In this document: positions 1 through 9,747 of the stretch, one piece after another
Layout of the letters: every line of letters begins with the position of its first letter
Numbering within the stretch: position 1 is the stretch's first letter
Origin: Desulfobacterales bacterium
GTDB taxonomy: Bacteria; Desulfobacterota; Desulfobacteria; Desulfobacterales; SpSt-501
Length of the DNA: 64,000 bases
Direction: 5' to 3'
NCBI GenBank assembly: GCA_041736435.1
Contig: JBGSTS010000020.1
Span: forward strand, 119 to 64,118
Translations under genes and position numbers: made by a program
The notes under the pieces: generated by a model
The model's input: the letters and a program-made list of their open reading frames with translations, nothing else
Told to the model about the DNA's origin: nothing
The model's database searches: none

Positions 1-231
1 CTCGCACTCGGCCCAGACAAAAACCCCTTTGAATCGGGCCAGCTCCTCGGGGGAGGCTTGTCGGCGCTCGATGGAGAGCGCCGACTGCGGGCAGACGTTG
101 ACGCAGGCGCCGCAGAGCGTGCAGCGCTCGTCCACCGAGACGGTCTCCTTGCCGGCGGATACGGCGCCGAAAGGGCAGGCTTTCTGGCACAGGCCGCAGA
201 GATTGCAAATGGTGTGGTCGATTTTGAGCAT
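1..231 (-). CDS. Electron transfer flavoprotein alpha subunit (EtfA/LctC-like) with an N-terminal 2x[4Fe-4S] ferredoxin domain. Only the 5' part is present; the gene runs off the left edge.
   Basis: My own minus-strand translation from the ATG at 231 gives MLKIDHTICNLCGLCQKACPFGAVSAGKETVSVDERCTLCGACVNVCPQSALSIERRQ...KGVFVWAECE. It has two CxxCxxCxxxCP motifs. The gene starts 16 nt after the etfB stop. Confidence 0.7.
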   Translation of the reverse strand, partial: MLKIDHTICNLCGLCQKACPFGAVSAGKETVSVDERCTLCGACVNVCPQSALSIERRQASPEELARFKGVFVWAECE

Positions 232-247
232 GATTCAATCAGCCTTC

Positions 248-1045
248 TTACAGGTAGCCTTCCGACCTCAGAAACGATGCAATCTCTGTGGCGGCAACGA
301 CCGGTTCGAGGCCCTCCAGTTTCCGTCCGCCTTCCTTCGGCTCGGGGGGGAAGACCTTCACCACCTGGGTGTAGGAGCCGGAAAGCCCCAGTTCGGACTC
401 TCTCAGGTCGAGGTCGGCGGCGGTGACCTTGCGGATCTCCTTGCGGCGGGCGGCCAGCACCTCCGCGAGGCAGGGCATGCGCCGGAGCGGCTCCCCCTTG
501 CTCGCCGACACCAGGGCCGGCAGGCGTGCTTCCAGCACCTCGTAGCCGGATTCGACTTCGCGTTTGACGCGAACCCGCTTGCGGTTGGGTGTGAGGGAGA
601 TCTCCACCCCGTACATGACCTGGGCCATCCCCAGGATCTCGGCCATCTCCGGGCCCACCTGTGCGGTGTCTCCGTCGATGGCCTGTTTGCCGACCAGGAT
701 GAGATCGGCGTCGGGCGCCGTCTTGCGGACGACCGCGGCCAGGGTCAACGCCGTGGCCCAGGTGTCGGCGCCGGCGAATTTGCGGTCGCTCACCAGCACC
801 GCCCGGTCCGCCCCCAGCTCCAGGCAGCGCAGCAGAACCGCCTCCGCTTGAGGGGGGCCCATGCTGACGGCGATGATCTCGATCTCCGGATGGGTCGCTT
901 TCAGCCGCACGGCGTGATCCAAAGCGTACTCGCAGAAGGGGTTCAGAATGGAAGCCACTCCCTCGCGGATCAATGTCCCGGTCTCGGGGTTGACCCGCAC
1001 ATTGGTGATCTCCGGCACTTGTTTGACGCAGACGACGAGTTTCAT
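248..1045 (-). CDS. etfB: Electron transfer flavoprotein beta subunit
   Basis: 265-aa ORF starting MKLVVCVKQVPE, with ...ILVGKQAIDGDTAQVGP..., which is typical EtfB. It overlaps the upstream FAD-oxidase stop by 4 nt. Confidence 0.9.
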   Translation of the reverse strand: MKLVVCVKQVPEITNVRVNPETGTLIREGVASILNPFCEYALDHAVRLKATHPEIEIIAVSMGPPQAEAVLLRCLELGADRAVLVSDRKFAGADTWATALTLAAVVRKTAPDADLILVGKQAIDGDTAQVGPEMAEILGMAQVMYGVEISLTPNRKRVRVKREVESGYEVLEARLPALVSASKGEPLRRMPCLAEVLAARRKEIRKVTAADLDLRESELGLSGSYTQVVKVFPPEPKEGGRKLEGLEPVVAATEIASFLRSEGYL

Positions 1046-2673
1046 TCAAAGATATTCCCCGGGTTCAACAGCAGCTGCGGGTCCAGGGCCCGTTTTACCG
1101 CGCGCATCTGCTCGATGTCGGATTCGCTGTACATGGTCTTGAGAAACTTGGCTTTGAGTTTGCCGACTCCGTGCTCGGCCGAGACCGTCCCGCCGAAGGC
1201 GACCGCCTTTTCCGCAAACATCTGGTATAGGCTCAGCGCTTTGTTGAGATCCTCCATGTCGCGCGGCAGGATGTTGATGTGGAGGTGGTTGTTCCCGATG
1301 TGGCCGAAGGCCGCCCACTCCAGCCCGGCGTCGGCCAGCGCGTCCCGATAGACCGCCCACATGTCGGCCAGGCGCTCGTCGGGAACGGCCAGGTCAGTGC
1401 CCAGTTTGTGCAGGCCCGGGTGTTTTTTCTTACGCTCGGCGATCAGGGCGTTGATCGTTTCGGGCAGGATGTGGCGGAAGTTCTTGAGCCGGTCTAGTTC
1501 CCGGTTTTCATAAGCGGACCAGGAGTCGGCCAGCACGGCCCCGCAGCGTTGGGTCGCCGCCTCGAGGGCATCCATCTGTACGCTGCGGTCCGCCGGGTCG
1601 AAATCCAGTTCGAAAAATAGGGCCGCTCCGGCCGTCTTCGGTATGGCAGGCGTACCCACCGACCGGGCATCCCGCTCTTGCCGCCGGCGCAGCAGATCGA
1701 CGGCGGTTCCGGAGTAGAACTCCAAAAAGTCGAGCCGGATGCGGGGGTCGGCGCGCAACGCTTCGACCAAGGCGACGGCTTGGTCGTCGGCCTTGAGAAA
1801 CTGGACAACCGAAATTTTGGGCCGCCGCTTGAGAAGAGCGACGGTCACATCGGTGATGACGCCGAAGGCCCCCTCCGAGCCGATAAAGAGATCGATCAGA
1901 TCCATGTGGGGTGTAGCGAAAAACCCGGCGGTGTTCTTGGTGCGCGGGGAGCCGTAGCGGGGGACCGTTACGTTATAGTCGTTTCCGGCGCTGTCCGTGA
2001 CCGTAAATCCGCCGGCCGGGGATGCGAAATACTTGCCCCGGGGGATGTCCAGGAACTCTCCGTTGGCGAGCATCACGCGGATTCCTCGCACCCAGTCGCG
2101 GGTCGGCCCGTAGCGAAAGGTGCGTGCCCCCGAGGCGTTGGTGGCCACCGTGCCCCCCAACGAGGCGCTCATCTCGGTCGGGTCCGGCGGGTAGAAATAG
2201 GGATCGGGGTCCTGACGGAACCGATCCATTTCGATCAGCGTCATGCCGTCGGCGCAGCGCTCGATGTCCGGGATGCTCTTCACCGCGAGCTGGGCGGCAA
2301 TGGCTCTCAAGGTCACGGCACACTGGGCCTTGAGCCGCCACTCCGTGGACGGTGCGTCGCAGAAAAGGGCCAGGATTCGGTCGAAATTTTCGAGAGACAA
2401 CAGTGCGCCCTGGTTCGGGACGCAGCCTCCCACCAGCCCAGTGCGGGCACCGGCGATGGTGACCCGGACCTCGCGCCGGGCCATTTCCCTCATCACCGCT
2501 GACAATTCGGCCTCGGTTCTCGGAAAGAACAGGTGATCGAAGGGTTTGCAGGAGAACTTCGACTCGTCGGTGAGGTAGGCCGGGAATTCGGCGGTGATGT
2601 TCTCGAAGCCGTCCACCCGGCGGACGGTGTCAAATTGAGCGGACTCGGTGGTCTGGCTGGTGATTTCGTGCAT
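1042..2673 (-). CDS. FAD-linked oxidase (GlcD / D-lactate dehydrogenase family, LctD-like)
   Basis: 543-aa ORF with an FAD-binding PCMH-type region (ARTGLVGG, GGTVATNASG) and a C-terminal ...GGTVSAEHGVGKLK... motif. It is translationally coupled to etfB. Confidence 0.85.
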   Translation of the reverse strand: MHEITSQTTESAQFDTVRRVDGFENITAEFPAYLTDESKFSCKPFDHLFFPRTEAELSAVMREMARREVRVTIAGARTGLVGGCVPNQGALLSLENFDRILALFCDAPSTEWRLKAQCAVTLRAIAAQLAVKSIPDIERCADGMTLIEMDRFRQDPDPYFYPPDPTEMSASLGGTVATNASGARTFRYGPTRDWVRGIRVMLANGEFLDIPRGKYFASPAGGFTVTDSAGNDYNVTVPRYGSPRTKNTAGFFATPHMDLIDLFIGSEGAFGVITDVTVALLKRRPKISVVQFLKADDQAVALVEALRADPRIRLDFLEFYSGTAVDLLRRRQERDARSVGTPAIPKTAGAALFFELDFDPADRSVQMDALEAATQRCGAVLADSWSAYENRELDRLKNFRHILPETINALIAERKKKHPGLHKLGTDLAVPDERLADMWAVYRDALADAGLEWAAFGHIGNNHLHINILPRDMEDLNKALSLYQMFAEKAVAFGGTVSAEHGVGKLKAKFLKTMYSESDIEQMRAVKRALDPQLLLNPGNIFE

Positions 2674-2698
2674 GGTGCATCACGTGTAAAATTTTTTG

Positions 2699-3427
2699 TT
2701 AAACGCCCAGTTTTTTGATGCCCAGACGCCGGGCGGCGTTTTTCAGATGCCGGCTAGAGCTGGTCCTGGCCTGGCCTGCATCCCCAGCCGAAATCGCCTG
2801 GAAGATGCGTTCGTGTTCCCTCTGAACTTTGGCCGGTAGATTCGAGCTGCGGCTGGAATGCTCGCGGGCGGCGCGAATGACCGTTCCGGCCTTGGCGTTC
2901 AAATAGCCCATGAGGTCTTTCATATACTTGTTGCCGCTCATCTCAGCGATGATGCTGTGGAATTCCAGGTCCGGCTGCGCGCCGTCCGTACGGTCATCTA
3001 CCGCCTGTGCCATCCGCGCCAGGGCGTCGCGCAGTCGTTTGAGATCTCTGGGGTTACGGCGGCGAGCAGCCAAGGCCGCTGTTTCGCTTTCAATGACGGC
3101 ACGCATTTCATAAAACTGGTATAGATCCGGCTCCAAGAGCCGATCAATCCCCTCCATGCGGTAGGAGGCCCGGGCCGCAGGGTCCAGCACCATAACCCCT
3201 TTGCCTTGGCGGGAGTCGAGCAGGCCCTCGGTCTTCAACCGGGAAATCGCCTCCCGCACGACCGAGCGGCTAACGCCGAAGACCTCGCTCAACTGCGATT
3301 CCGGGGGCAGCTTCGCGCCCGGAACGTAGAGCCCGTTTCCGATCTGGCGCGCGATGATGGCCGCGACCTGCTCCGGGAGACACGGTGTTGATGAAAGTGC
3401 ATAGTTATCAGGTAACCTGGTAACCAT
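2699..3427 (-). CDS. GntR/FadR-family transcriptional regulator (winged HTH plus FCD domain)
   Basis: 242 aa. N-terminal ...LPPESQLSEVFGVSRSVVREAISRLKTEGLL... is a GntR HTH. The C-terminus is helical and FCD-like. The gene lies directly upstream of the FAD-oxidase/etf genes. Confidence 0.9.
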   Translation of the reverse strand: MVTRLPDNYALSSTPCLPEQVAAIIARQIGNGLYVPGAKLPPESQLSEVFGVSRSVVREAISRLKTEGLLDSRQGKGVMVLDPAARASYRMEGIDRLLEPDLYQFYEMRAVIESETAALAARRRNPRDLKRLRDALARMAQAVDDRTDGAQPDLEFHSIIAEMSGNKYMKDLMGYLNAKAGTVIRAAREHSSRSSNLPAKVQREHERIFQAISAGDAGQARTSSSRHLKNAARRLGIKKLGV

Positions 3428-3679
3428 ACAAATTCTCTAACCGGGAGTCATTCGAATGTCAAGGGAGTGGGAGCAGCGCTTGCGAATACTGCAGGTGAAC
3501 CTCAACCCAAACAACCCTGAAGCATACTGCCTCCGGGCAGACAGCTTGATTAACTCGGGAGAGCTTCAATGGGTTCATCCCTTGACAACCGCCGAGTGGA
3601 TGGGGTTTACTTCGGACCGATTCGTTCGGGCGATTCAATGAACGCGACCGTTTGACCTGCGACCAGTGGAGGTGGCGCC

Positions 3680-4597
3680 ATGCAGTGCAGCGAAATGGAC
3701 ACGCTCATCAAGAAGGCGGAAATTTTGATTGAGGCGCTGCCGTATATTCAAAAGCTCTATGGCAAGACCGTCGTCGTAAAATACGGCGGCAACGCCATGA
3801 TCAACGAGGAGTTGAAGAACAGCGTGATGGAGGACATCACGCTGTTGAAATTCATCGGCATGAACCCGATCGTCGTCCATGGGGGTGGACCGGAAATCAC
3901 TAAAACGCTGGAGAAATTCGAGATCAAGAGCGAATTCGTCAACGGCCTGCGGGTCACCGACTCGGCCACCATGGAAATCGCGCAGATGGTGCTGGTAGGC
4001 AAGACCAACAAGGAGATTGTCGCCCTGCTGAACAAAAAGGGCGGCAAGGCCATCGGCCTGTGCGGAATCGACGGGCGCCTGATCGAGTGCACCAAGCGCC
4101 GGGCGTTCAGCGACGGCAATGAGGTGGACCTGGGCCACGTGGGAGAAATCATGCAAATCAACTCATCGCTGCTCGCGCTGGTCGCACGCGATGAATACAT
4201 CCCGGTGGTGGCGCCGATCGGCATGGGCAAAAACGGCGAGAGCTACAACATCAACGCCGACGACGTGGCCGGCGAGATCGCCGTTGCGATGAAGGCCGAA
4301 AAGCTGATTTTTCTCACCGATGTCGAGGGCGTGAAGTCAAAGCGCGAGGAGGGCGAAGTCCTCTACGCCCTCACTATCGATGAGGTGCACACGCTGATCG
4401 ACCAGAAGGTCATCGTAGGCGGGATGATCCCGAAAGTGCAGGGTTGCATTGACGCTTTGGAGAAAGGAGTGGGGCGGGCCCACATCATCGACGGCCGGAT
4501 CCCTCACTGCATTCTGCTGGAAATCTTTACTTACAAGGGGATCGGGACGATGATCATGAAGGACAAGGTGCTCTACCACGACCGCGAAAAGCTCTGA
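3680..4597 (+). CDS. argB: Acetylglutamate kinase
   Basis: ...[13 protein letters not shown]...VVHGGGPEI...[12 protein letters not shown]... are classic amino-acid-kinase / ArgB motifs. The true start may be the ATG at 3695. Confidence 0.9.
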   Translation: MQCSEMDTLIKKAEILIEALPYIQKLYGKTVVVKYGGNAMINEELKNSVMEDITLLKFIGMNPIVVHGGGPEITKTLEKFEIKSEFVNGLRVTDSATMEIAQMVLVGKTNKEIVALLNKKGGKAIGLCGIDGRLIECTKRRAFSDGNEVDLGHVGEIMQINSSLLALVARDEYIPVVAPIGMGKNGESYNINADDVAGEIAVAMKAEKLIFLTDVEGVKSKREEGEVLYALTIDEVHTLIDQKVIVGGMIPKVQGCIDALEKGVGRAHIIDGRIPHCILLEIFTYKGIGTMIMKDKVLYHDREKL

Positions 4598-4598
4598 C

Positions 4599-4735
4599 GG
4601 GATGGCTGCGTCGGAAGGCCAATCTCGGCGTTGCGCTTTCCCGCCAAGGCGGGACGGTCGCTGCGGCGTACAAAAAGTACGCCTCGCGCCGCGGGATTCG
4701 CGCGCCTTGATCTTGGCCTTCGGATGCAGCCATCC
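4599..4735. repeat. ~137-nt imperfect palindrome with nested hairpins in the convergent argB/argS intergenic region
   Basis: The outer arms GGATGGCTGCGTCGGAAGGCCAA (4601-4623) and TTGGCCTTCGGATGCAGCCATCC (4713-4735) are complementary at 21 of 23 positions. Inner hairpins are TCCCGCC-AA-GGCGGGA and GGCGTAC-AAAAA-GTACGCC. Confidence 0.6.
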
Positions 4736-4830
4736 ATCGGATCGCTATGTGAGGCCCCGGAGCTTCGGTTCCGCCCTGACGAGCGACCTGACGGGATGTC
4801 GACGGTAGAAACCGCTATTCTGGAGTGGAT

Positions 4831-6603
4831 CTACATATTTTCCAACACGCCGATGCCGAGCAGCTCCAGGCCCCGTTTCAGAACGGACGCCGTGGCGCGG
4901 ATCAGGGCCAGGCGGGCGGCGGCCAGCGGCGGGCGTTCGGCCTGGATCACGGCGGGTTTGTTGTAGAACTGGTTGAAGGCGCGGGCCGTGTTGAAGACGT
5001 GCGCAGCCACCCGCGCGGGGTTGTACTCGTCCACCCCGCTCGCCAGCTCCTCGGGGAACTGGATCAGCATCTTGAGCAGCAGCAGTTCCTCGAGGTTTCC
5101 CAGCAGCCCAAAATCCGCCTTCTGCTCCAATAGGCCTCGCCGGCCGGCCTTTTCCAGGATGCCGAAAATACGGGCGTAAGCATACTGGCAGTAGGGTCCG
5201 GTGAACCCGTCGAAGGAGATGGACTCGGTCGGGTCGAAGTTGATGCTTTGAGTGGGACGCACGCGCAGCAGATAATATTTGATGGCGCCGATGCCGATGA
5301 CCTCGGCCCGGCGCCGGATCTCCTCCTCGGAAAGCCGCTTTTCGGGGTCGCGCCGGCGGATCTCCTCCTCGGCCAGTTCGATCATCGCGGCGATCAGGTC
5401 GTCGGCGTCCACCACCTTGCCCTCGCGCGACTTCATCTTGCCTTCCGGCAGGTAGACCATGCCGTAGGAGAGGTGGTGGCAGTTCGGGGCCCAGGCATAC
5501 CCCAGCGCGTCCACGATCGCGAACAGGCATTGGAAGTGATGCTCCTGTTCGCTTCCGACCACGTATACCGACGAATCGAGATGGTGCTCAGTGACCTTGA
5601 GGATCGCCGTACCGATGTCCTGGGTGATGTAAAGGCTCGTTCCATCCGGCCGCAGCACCGTGACCTTCTTGGGGGAGCCGTTTTTCTCGAGTCCGAATTG
5701 ATTCTCCGGCAGGTGAAATACCGTATTGCCGCGTTCGTCCGTTGCAAATACACCTTTCTGAAGCCCTGCGGCGATGACGTCCTTGCCGAGCGTGTAGGTC
5801 TCCGACTCGTAGTAGAAGACGTCGAAGTCCATGCCGAAAGTACGGTAGGTTTCGGCAAAACCGTCGTAGACCCACTGGTTCATCCGTTTCCAGAGCTCGA
5901 GCGTATGGACGTCGCCGGATTCCCATTTTTGAAGCATCTCCTGGATGGCCTTCTCGAGCGATGCGTCCTTCTCGGATTCGATGGCGTAGCGCACGTACCA
6001 TCGGCCGACAAAATGATCCCCCTTCACGCCTTCGGACTGAGGGGTGGCACCGCCGGCGAAGCGTTCCCAGGCGAGCATGCTTTTACAGATGTGCACCCCG
6101 CGATCGTTGATCAGGATGGATTTGACCACCGGGTGGCCGGCGGCCGCCAGCATGCGCGATACCGCGATGCCCAGGGCGGCGTTGCGCAGATGGCCGAGGT
6201 GAAGAGGCTTGTTGGTGTTGGGTGAAAGGTACTCCACCATTGCCCGCAACTCAGCCCCCGCATGCGAATCGCCATACGTCTCCCCGGCCGAGGAGATCCC
6301 CGCGAGGAGATCCCCGAACAGGCGGCCGGGGTGAAGCGTACAGTTGATGTAGGGCCCGGCGGCGGCGGCCTTAAGGATCACATCATCCGATGCGATGCCG
6401 GCCGCAATGCGCTTGGCGATCTCGGCCGGGTTGCGCCGAAGTTTTTTCGACAGCGAGAAGCACCCAACCGCGAAATGGCCGAACTGAAAATCGGGCGGGA
6501 ACCCGATCTCGAGCTCCTCCGGTGAGTGCTGAAACGCCGCGTGGCAGGCATCGGCGATCTTTTTGAGAAGGTGCTGTTTCAGGGGGCCAACAGGCATACC
6601 CAC
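4831..6603 (-). CDS. argS: Arginine--tRNA ligase
   Basis: 590 aa. It has the class-I HIGH-type motif (PNTNKPLHLGHLRNAALG), a KMSKS-like GKMKSREG, and a C-terminal anticodon-binding DALR-like region. Confidence 0.93.
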   Translation of the reverse strand: MGMPVGPLKQHLLKKIADACHAAFQHSPEELEIGFPPDFQFGHFAVGCFSLSKKLRRNPAEIAKRIAAGIASDDVILKAAAAGPYINCTLHPGRLFGDLLAGISSAGETYGDSHAGAELRAMVEYLSPNTNKPLHLGHLRNAALGIAVSRMLAAAGHPVVKSILINDRGVHICKSMLAWERFAGGATPQSEGVKGDHFVGRWYVRYAIESEKDASLEKAIQEMLQKWESGDVHTLELWKRMNQWVYDGFAETYRTFGMDFDVFYYESETYTLGKDVIAAGLQKGVFATDERGNTVFHLPENQFGLEKNGSPKKVTVLRPDGTSLYITQDIGTAILKVTEHHLDSSVYVVGSEQEHHFQCLFAIVDALGYAWAPNCHHLSYGMVYLPEGKMKSREGKVVDADDLIAAMIELAEEEIRRRDPEKRLSEEEIRRRAEVIGIGAIKYYLLRVRPTQSINFDPTESISFDGFTGPYCQYAYARIFGILEKAGRRGLLEQKADFGLLGNLEELLLLKMLIQFPEELASGVDEYNPARVAAHVFNTARAFNQFYNKPAVIQAERPPLAAARLALIRATASVLKRGLELLGIGVLENM

Positions 6604-6779
6604 ATCCTCGACCTTGAATTGTACGAAAAGCGCACGTTTCCAAATATGTCAAACTTATCCACCTTGATCAACTTCAAAATACGAATTTAAAATAGAGCGG
6701 CCGCGGATGTCGTTGACACTTATGGCCGAAAGTGCCATCCCAAACCTGCAGTTCCACCTCATCCACCAATGGAGAAAAT

Positions 6780-7745
6780 ATGAAAAAGAGCTTCAAAAAA
6801 GTGGCGGTCATCGGCGCCGGCACCATGGGGCACGGAATCGGCCTGCTGTTGGCTTTGAGCGGCTGCGATGTCAGATTGGTGGACCTCAGCCGGGAGCGCC
6901 TCGGTCTGGCCATGCGGTTGATCGAATCCCACCTCGACGGCCTGAATCTTCACCGGGAATACGGGATGGAAGCCGATGCCGTCCTCAGCCGGATCAAACC
7001 GGAGCAGGGGCTTGGCGAAAGCCTCCCGGAGCTTGATCTAATTGTGGAAGCCGTCGTGGAGAAAGCCGAGGCTAAGCGGGAACTCTTCCACCATATAGGC
7101 CGATGCAGTGGGACCGAGACCGTTGTCGCCAGCACGACCTCCTACATGGACGTTTTTTCCCTCGCGCCGGAAGAGTTGCAATCACGTCTTCTGATCGCAC
7201 ACTTCTACAACCCGCCCTACATCATTCCCCTGGTGGAGCTTGTTCCGGGGCCGCAGACCGACCCGTTTGCGGTTGCCAAGGTCAGACATTTCATGGAAAA
7301 CCAGAAGATGGTTTGCATTACGATGAAAAAATACATTCCGGGCTTCATCATCAATCGCCTGCAGCGCGCTCTCGGCCGGGAGATCTTCCACCTCATCGAT
7401 GCGGGTGTTGCCGACCCGGCAGAAATCGATCGGGCGGCCAAGGCCAGCCTGGCCATTCGTCTTCCCGTGATGGGGGTGGTGGCGCGCTACGACTTCGCCG
7501 GGCTGGATGCGACCCTCAACAACATCAAGGGGGAGCCCATCCATCTGGCCTCCGGCAGCGATCTTTCACCGACCCTGGAGCGCCTGGTCGATGAAGGCCG
7601 CTATGGCGTCAAGACCGGACGGGGCTTTTTCGATTGGAGCGATCGAAATCTCGGGGAGCTGTTGCGGGAGCGAGACTTGCGCCTGCTGCAAGTGCGAAGG
7701 TTGATGCAGGAATGGGTCGACCAGGATGCGCGCAACGGCATTTGA
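6780..7745 (+). CDS. 3-hydroxyacyl-CoA dehydrogenase family protein
   Basis: MKKSFKKVAVIGAGTMGHGIG... is a Rossmann GxGxxG fold. GGAG lies 6 nt upstream of the ATG at 6780. The ORF-track start at 6732 is probably too long. Confidence 0.85.
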   Translation: MKKSFKKVAVIGAGTMGHGIGLLLALSGCDVRLVDLSRERLGLAMRLIESHLDGLNLHREYGMEADAVLSRIKPEQGLGESLPELDLIVEAVVEKAEAKRELFHHIGRCSGTETVVASTTSYMDVFSLAPEELQSRLLIAHFYNPPYIIPLVELVPGPQTDPFAVAKVRHFMENQKMVCITMKKYIPGFIINRLQRALGREIFHLIDAGVADPAEIDRAAKASLAIRLPVMGVVARYDFAGLDATLNNIKGEPIHLASGSDLSPTLERLVDEGRYGVKTGRGFFDWSDRNLGELLRERDLRLLQVRRLMQEWVDQDARNGI

Positions 7746-7825
7746 CTTAGATCAATGCGGTCGCCGTTCTCACAGGGTATGACTCAGGGGAAACGTTTTT
7801 TTAACCTTGTCAAACCGAAAGGAGG

Positions 7826-9460
7826 TTGCCCATGTTTTGCTACCAATGTGAACAGACCGCAAAAGGTACCGGGTGCACGGTGCTGGGCGTCTGCGGCAAA
7901 CAGCCCGAGGTTGCCGCACTTCAGGATCTTCTCCTTTACACACTCATGGGGTTGTCCCAGGTCGCCGTGGAGGGGCGAAAAGTAGGCGTGTCCGACGCGG
8001 ATGTGAATGCGTTCACCGTGCAAGCGGCCTTTTCGACCCTGACCAACGTCGATTTCGACCCGGCGCGGTTCGTCGATCTGATCAACAAGGCCGCTGTCAA
8101 ACGGGACCGCCTCAAACAAAAGGTCAAAGCCGCCGGCGGGCAGATCGATTTTCCCGGCGGGGCTTCGACCCTGATGCCGAAATCCACTGTGGAGGAGTTG
8201 GTCAAGCAGGCCGAACCGCTCGGCCTGAAGTCCTACCCCGCCGACAACCCGGATATCCTTTCATTGAAGCACACGGTTCTTTTCGGGATCAAAGGCGTCA
8301 GCGCCTATGCGGACCACGCCCAAATCCTGGGGCAGACGGATGACAAGGTCTACGCCTACGTGCACGAGGGGCTGGCCGCCATCCAGCGGGCCGATTTGAA
8401 CCTGGATCAGTGGGTGGGAATGGCCCTCAAGTGCGGTGAAGCCGCTTTACGTGCCATGGAACTTCTGGATGCGGGCAACACCGGCGTCTACGGCCACCCG
8501 GTGCCGACCCAGGTGCCCCTGGGCCACAAGAAAGGCAAAGCCATTCTCATTTCGGGCCATGACCTCAAGGATTTGGAAGAACTGCTCAAGCAGACCGAAG
8601 GCAAGGGCATCCATATCTACACCCACGGGGAGATGCTGCCCACCCACGGCTACCCGAAACTGAAAAAATACAAACATTTTTACGGCCACTATGGAACGGC
8701 GTGGCAAAACCAGATCCGGGAGTTTCCCGCTTTCCCCGGCGCCATCCTGATGACCACCAACTGCATTCAACGGCCGAAGGACGACTACAAACAGAACATC
8801 TTCACAAGCGGCCTGGTCGGCTGGCCGGGGGTCCCGCACATATCCGACCTCAACTTCAAGCCTGTCATCGACCGGGCGCTCGCACTTCCCGGCTTTCAGG
8901 AGGATTTGAACGGCAAGGAGGTGACGGTGGGGTTTGCCCGCAACTCGGTTTTGGGGGTGGCGGACAAGGTCATCGAGGCCGTCAAGTCCGGCGCCATCCG
9001 GCACTTCTTCCTGGTGGCGGGCTGCGACGGGGCCAAACCGGGACGCAATTACTACACCGAGTTCGTTGAAAAAGTGCCCAAGGACTGTGTGGTCTTGACC
9101 CTTGCTTGCGGGAAGTTTCGTTTCTTCGACAAGGAACTCGGCAATATCGGTGGTATCCCGCGTTTGCTCGATGCCGGCCAGTGCAACGACGCCTACTCGG
9201 CCGTCCAGATCGCCTCGGCCCTGTCCAAGGCATTCAACGTGTCGGTCAACGAACTGCCTCTCTCGCTAATCATCTCCTGGTACGAACAAAAGGCGGTATG
9301 CGTTTTGCTCGCGCTGCTGCACCTGGGGCTCAAGAATATTCGCTTAGGGCCGTCGCTGCCGGCATTTCTAACGCCCAACGTGCTCGACACGCTGGTAAAA
9401 AACTTCAACATCAAGCCGATCGGCACGGCAGACGAAGACCTCAAAGCGATTCTCGGATAA
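7826..9460 (+). CDS. hcp: Hybrid cluster protein / hydroxylamine reductase
   Basis: MFCYQCEQTAKGTGCTVLGVCGK is the canonical Hcp N-terminal cysteine cluster. 544 aa. The RBS AAAGGAGG is upstream. Confidence 0.95.
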   Translation: MPMFCYQCEQTAKGTGCTVLGVCGKQPEVAALQDLLLYTLMGLSQVAVEGRKVGVSDADVNAFTVQAAFSTLTNVDFDPARFVDLINKAAVKRDRLKQKVKAAGGQIDFPGGASTLMPKSTVEELVKQAEPLGLKSYPADNPDILSLKHTVLFGIKGVSAYADHAQILGQTDDKVYAYVHEGLAAIQRADLNLDQWVGMALKCGEAALRAMELLDAGNTGVYGHPVPTQVPLGHKKGKAILISGHDLKDLEELLKQTEGKGIHIYTHGEMLPTHGYPKLKKYKHFYGHYGTAWQNQIREFPAFPGAILMTTNCIQRPKDDYKQNIFTSGLVGWPGVPHISDLNFKPVIDRALALPGFQEDLNGKEVTVGFARNSVLGVADKVIEAVKSGAIRHFFLVAGCDGAKPGRNYYTEFVEKVPKDCVVLTLACGKFRFFDKELGNIGGIPRLLDAGQCNDAYSAVQIASALSKAFNVSVNELPLSLIISWYEQKAVCVLLALLHLGLKNIRLGPSLPAFLTPNVLDTLVKNFNIKPIGTADEDLKAILG

Positions 9461-9482
9461 CAGCTTACGGTTAAAAATGCCC

Positions 9483-9535
9483 AACCCCTGTTCAAGCCGC
9501 CGTCCTGGTCGGCTTGGGCGGGGGTTTCTTATTTT
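9483..9535. terminator. Long hairpin followed by a T-rich tract after hcp, shared with the convergent small ORF
   Basis: AACCCC...AAGCCG-N10-CGGCTT...GGGGTT followed by TCTTATTTT. Confidence 0.6.
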
Positions 9536-9747
9536 GTCCCCAGCTTCTCCCGGATCATTCGGCAGGTCTTGCTTTCCGGGGCTGCGAGCATGGTGATGCC
9601 TAAGATCAGCAAAGGAATTGCGAAAATGATGCCCACCACCGGTACAATCACCAACCCAACCACAAACAATAGAACCGATGCGATCAGAAAGACCAGGCCT
9701 ATGGTTTTGCTCGAAAATCGCTCCTGTTTGCATTCGTTCACGTTCAT
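9529..9747 (-). CDS. Small two-helix membrane protein (hypothetical)
   Basis: 72 aa with two hydrophobic stretches (IGLVFLIASVLLFVVGLVIV / VGIIFAIPLLILGITML). I recognise no family. Confidence 0.4.
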   Translation of the reverse strand: MNVNECKQERFSSKTIGLVFLIASVLLFVVGLVIVPVVGIIFAIPLLILGITMLAAPESKTCRMIREKLGTK

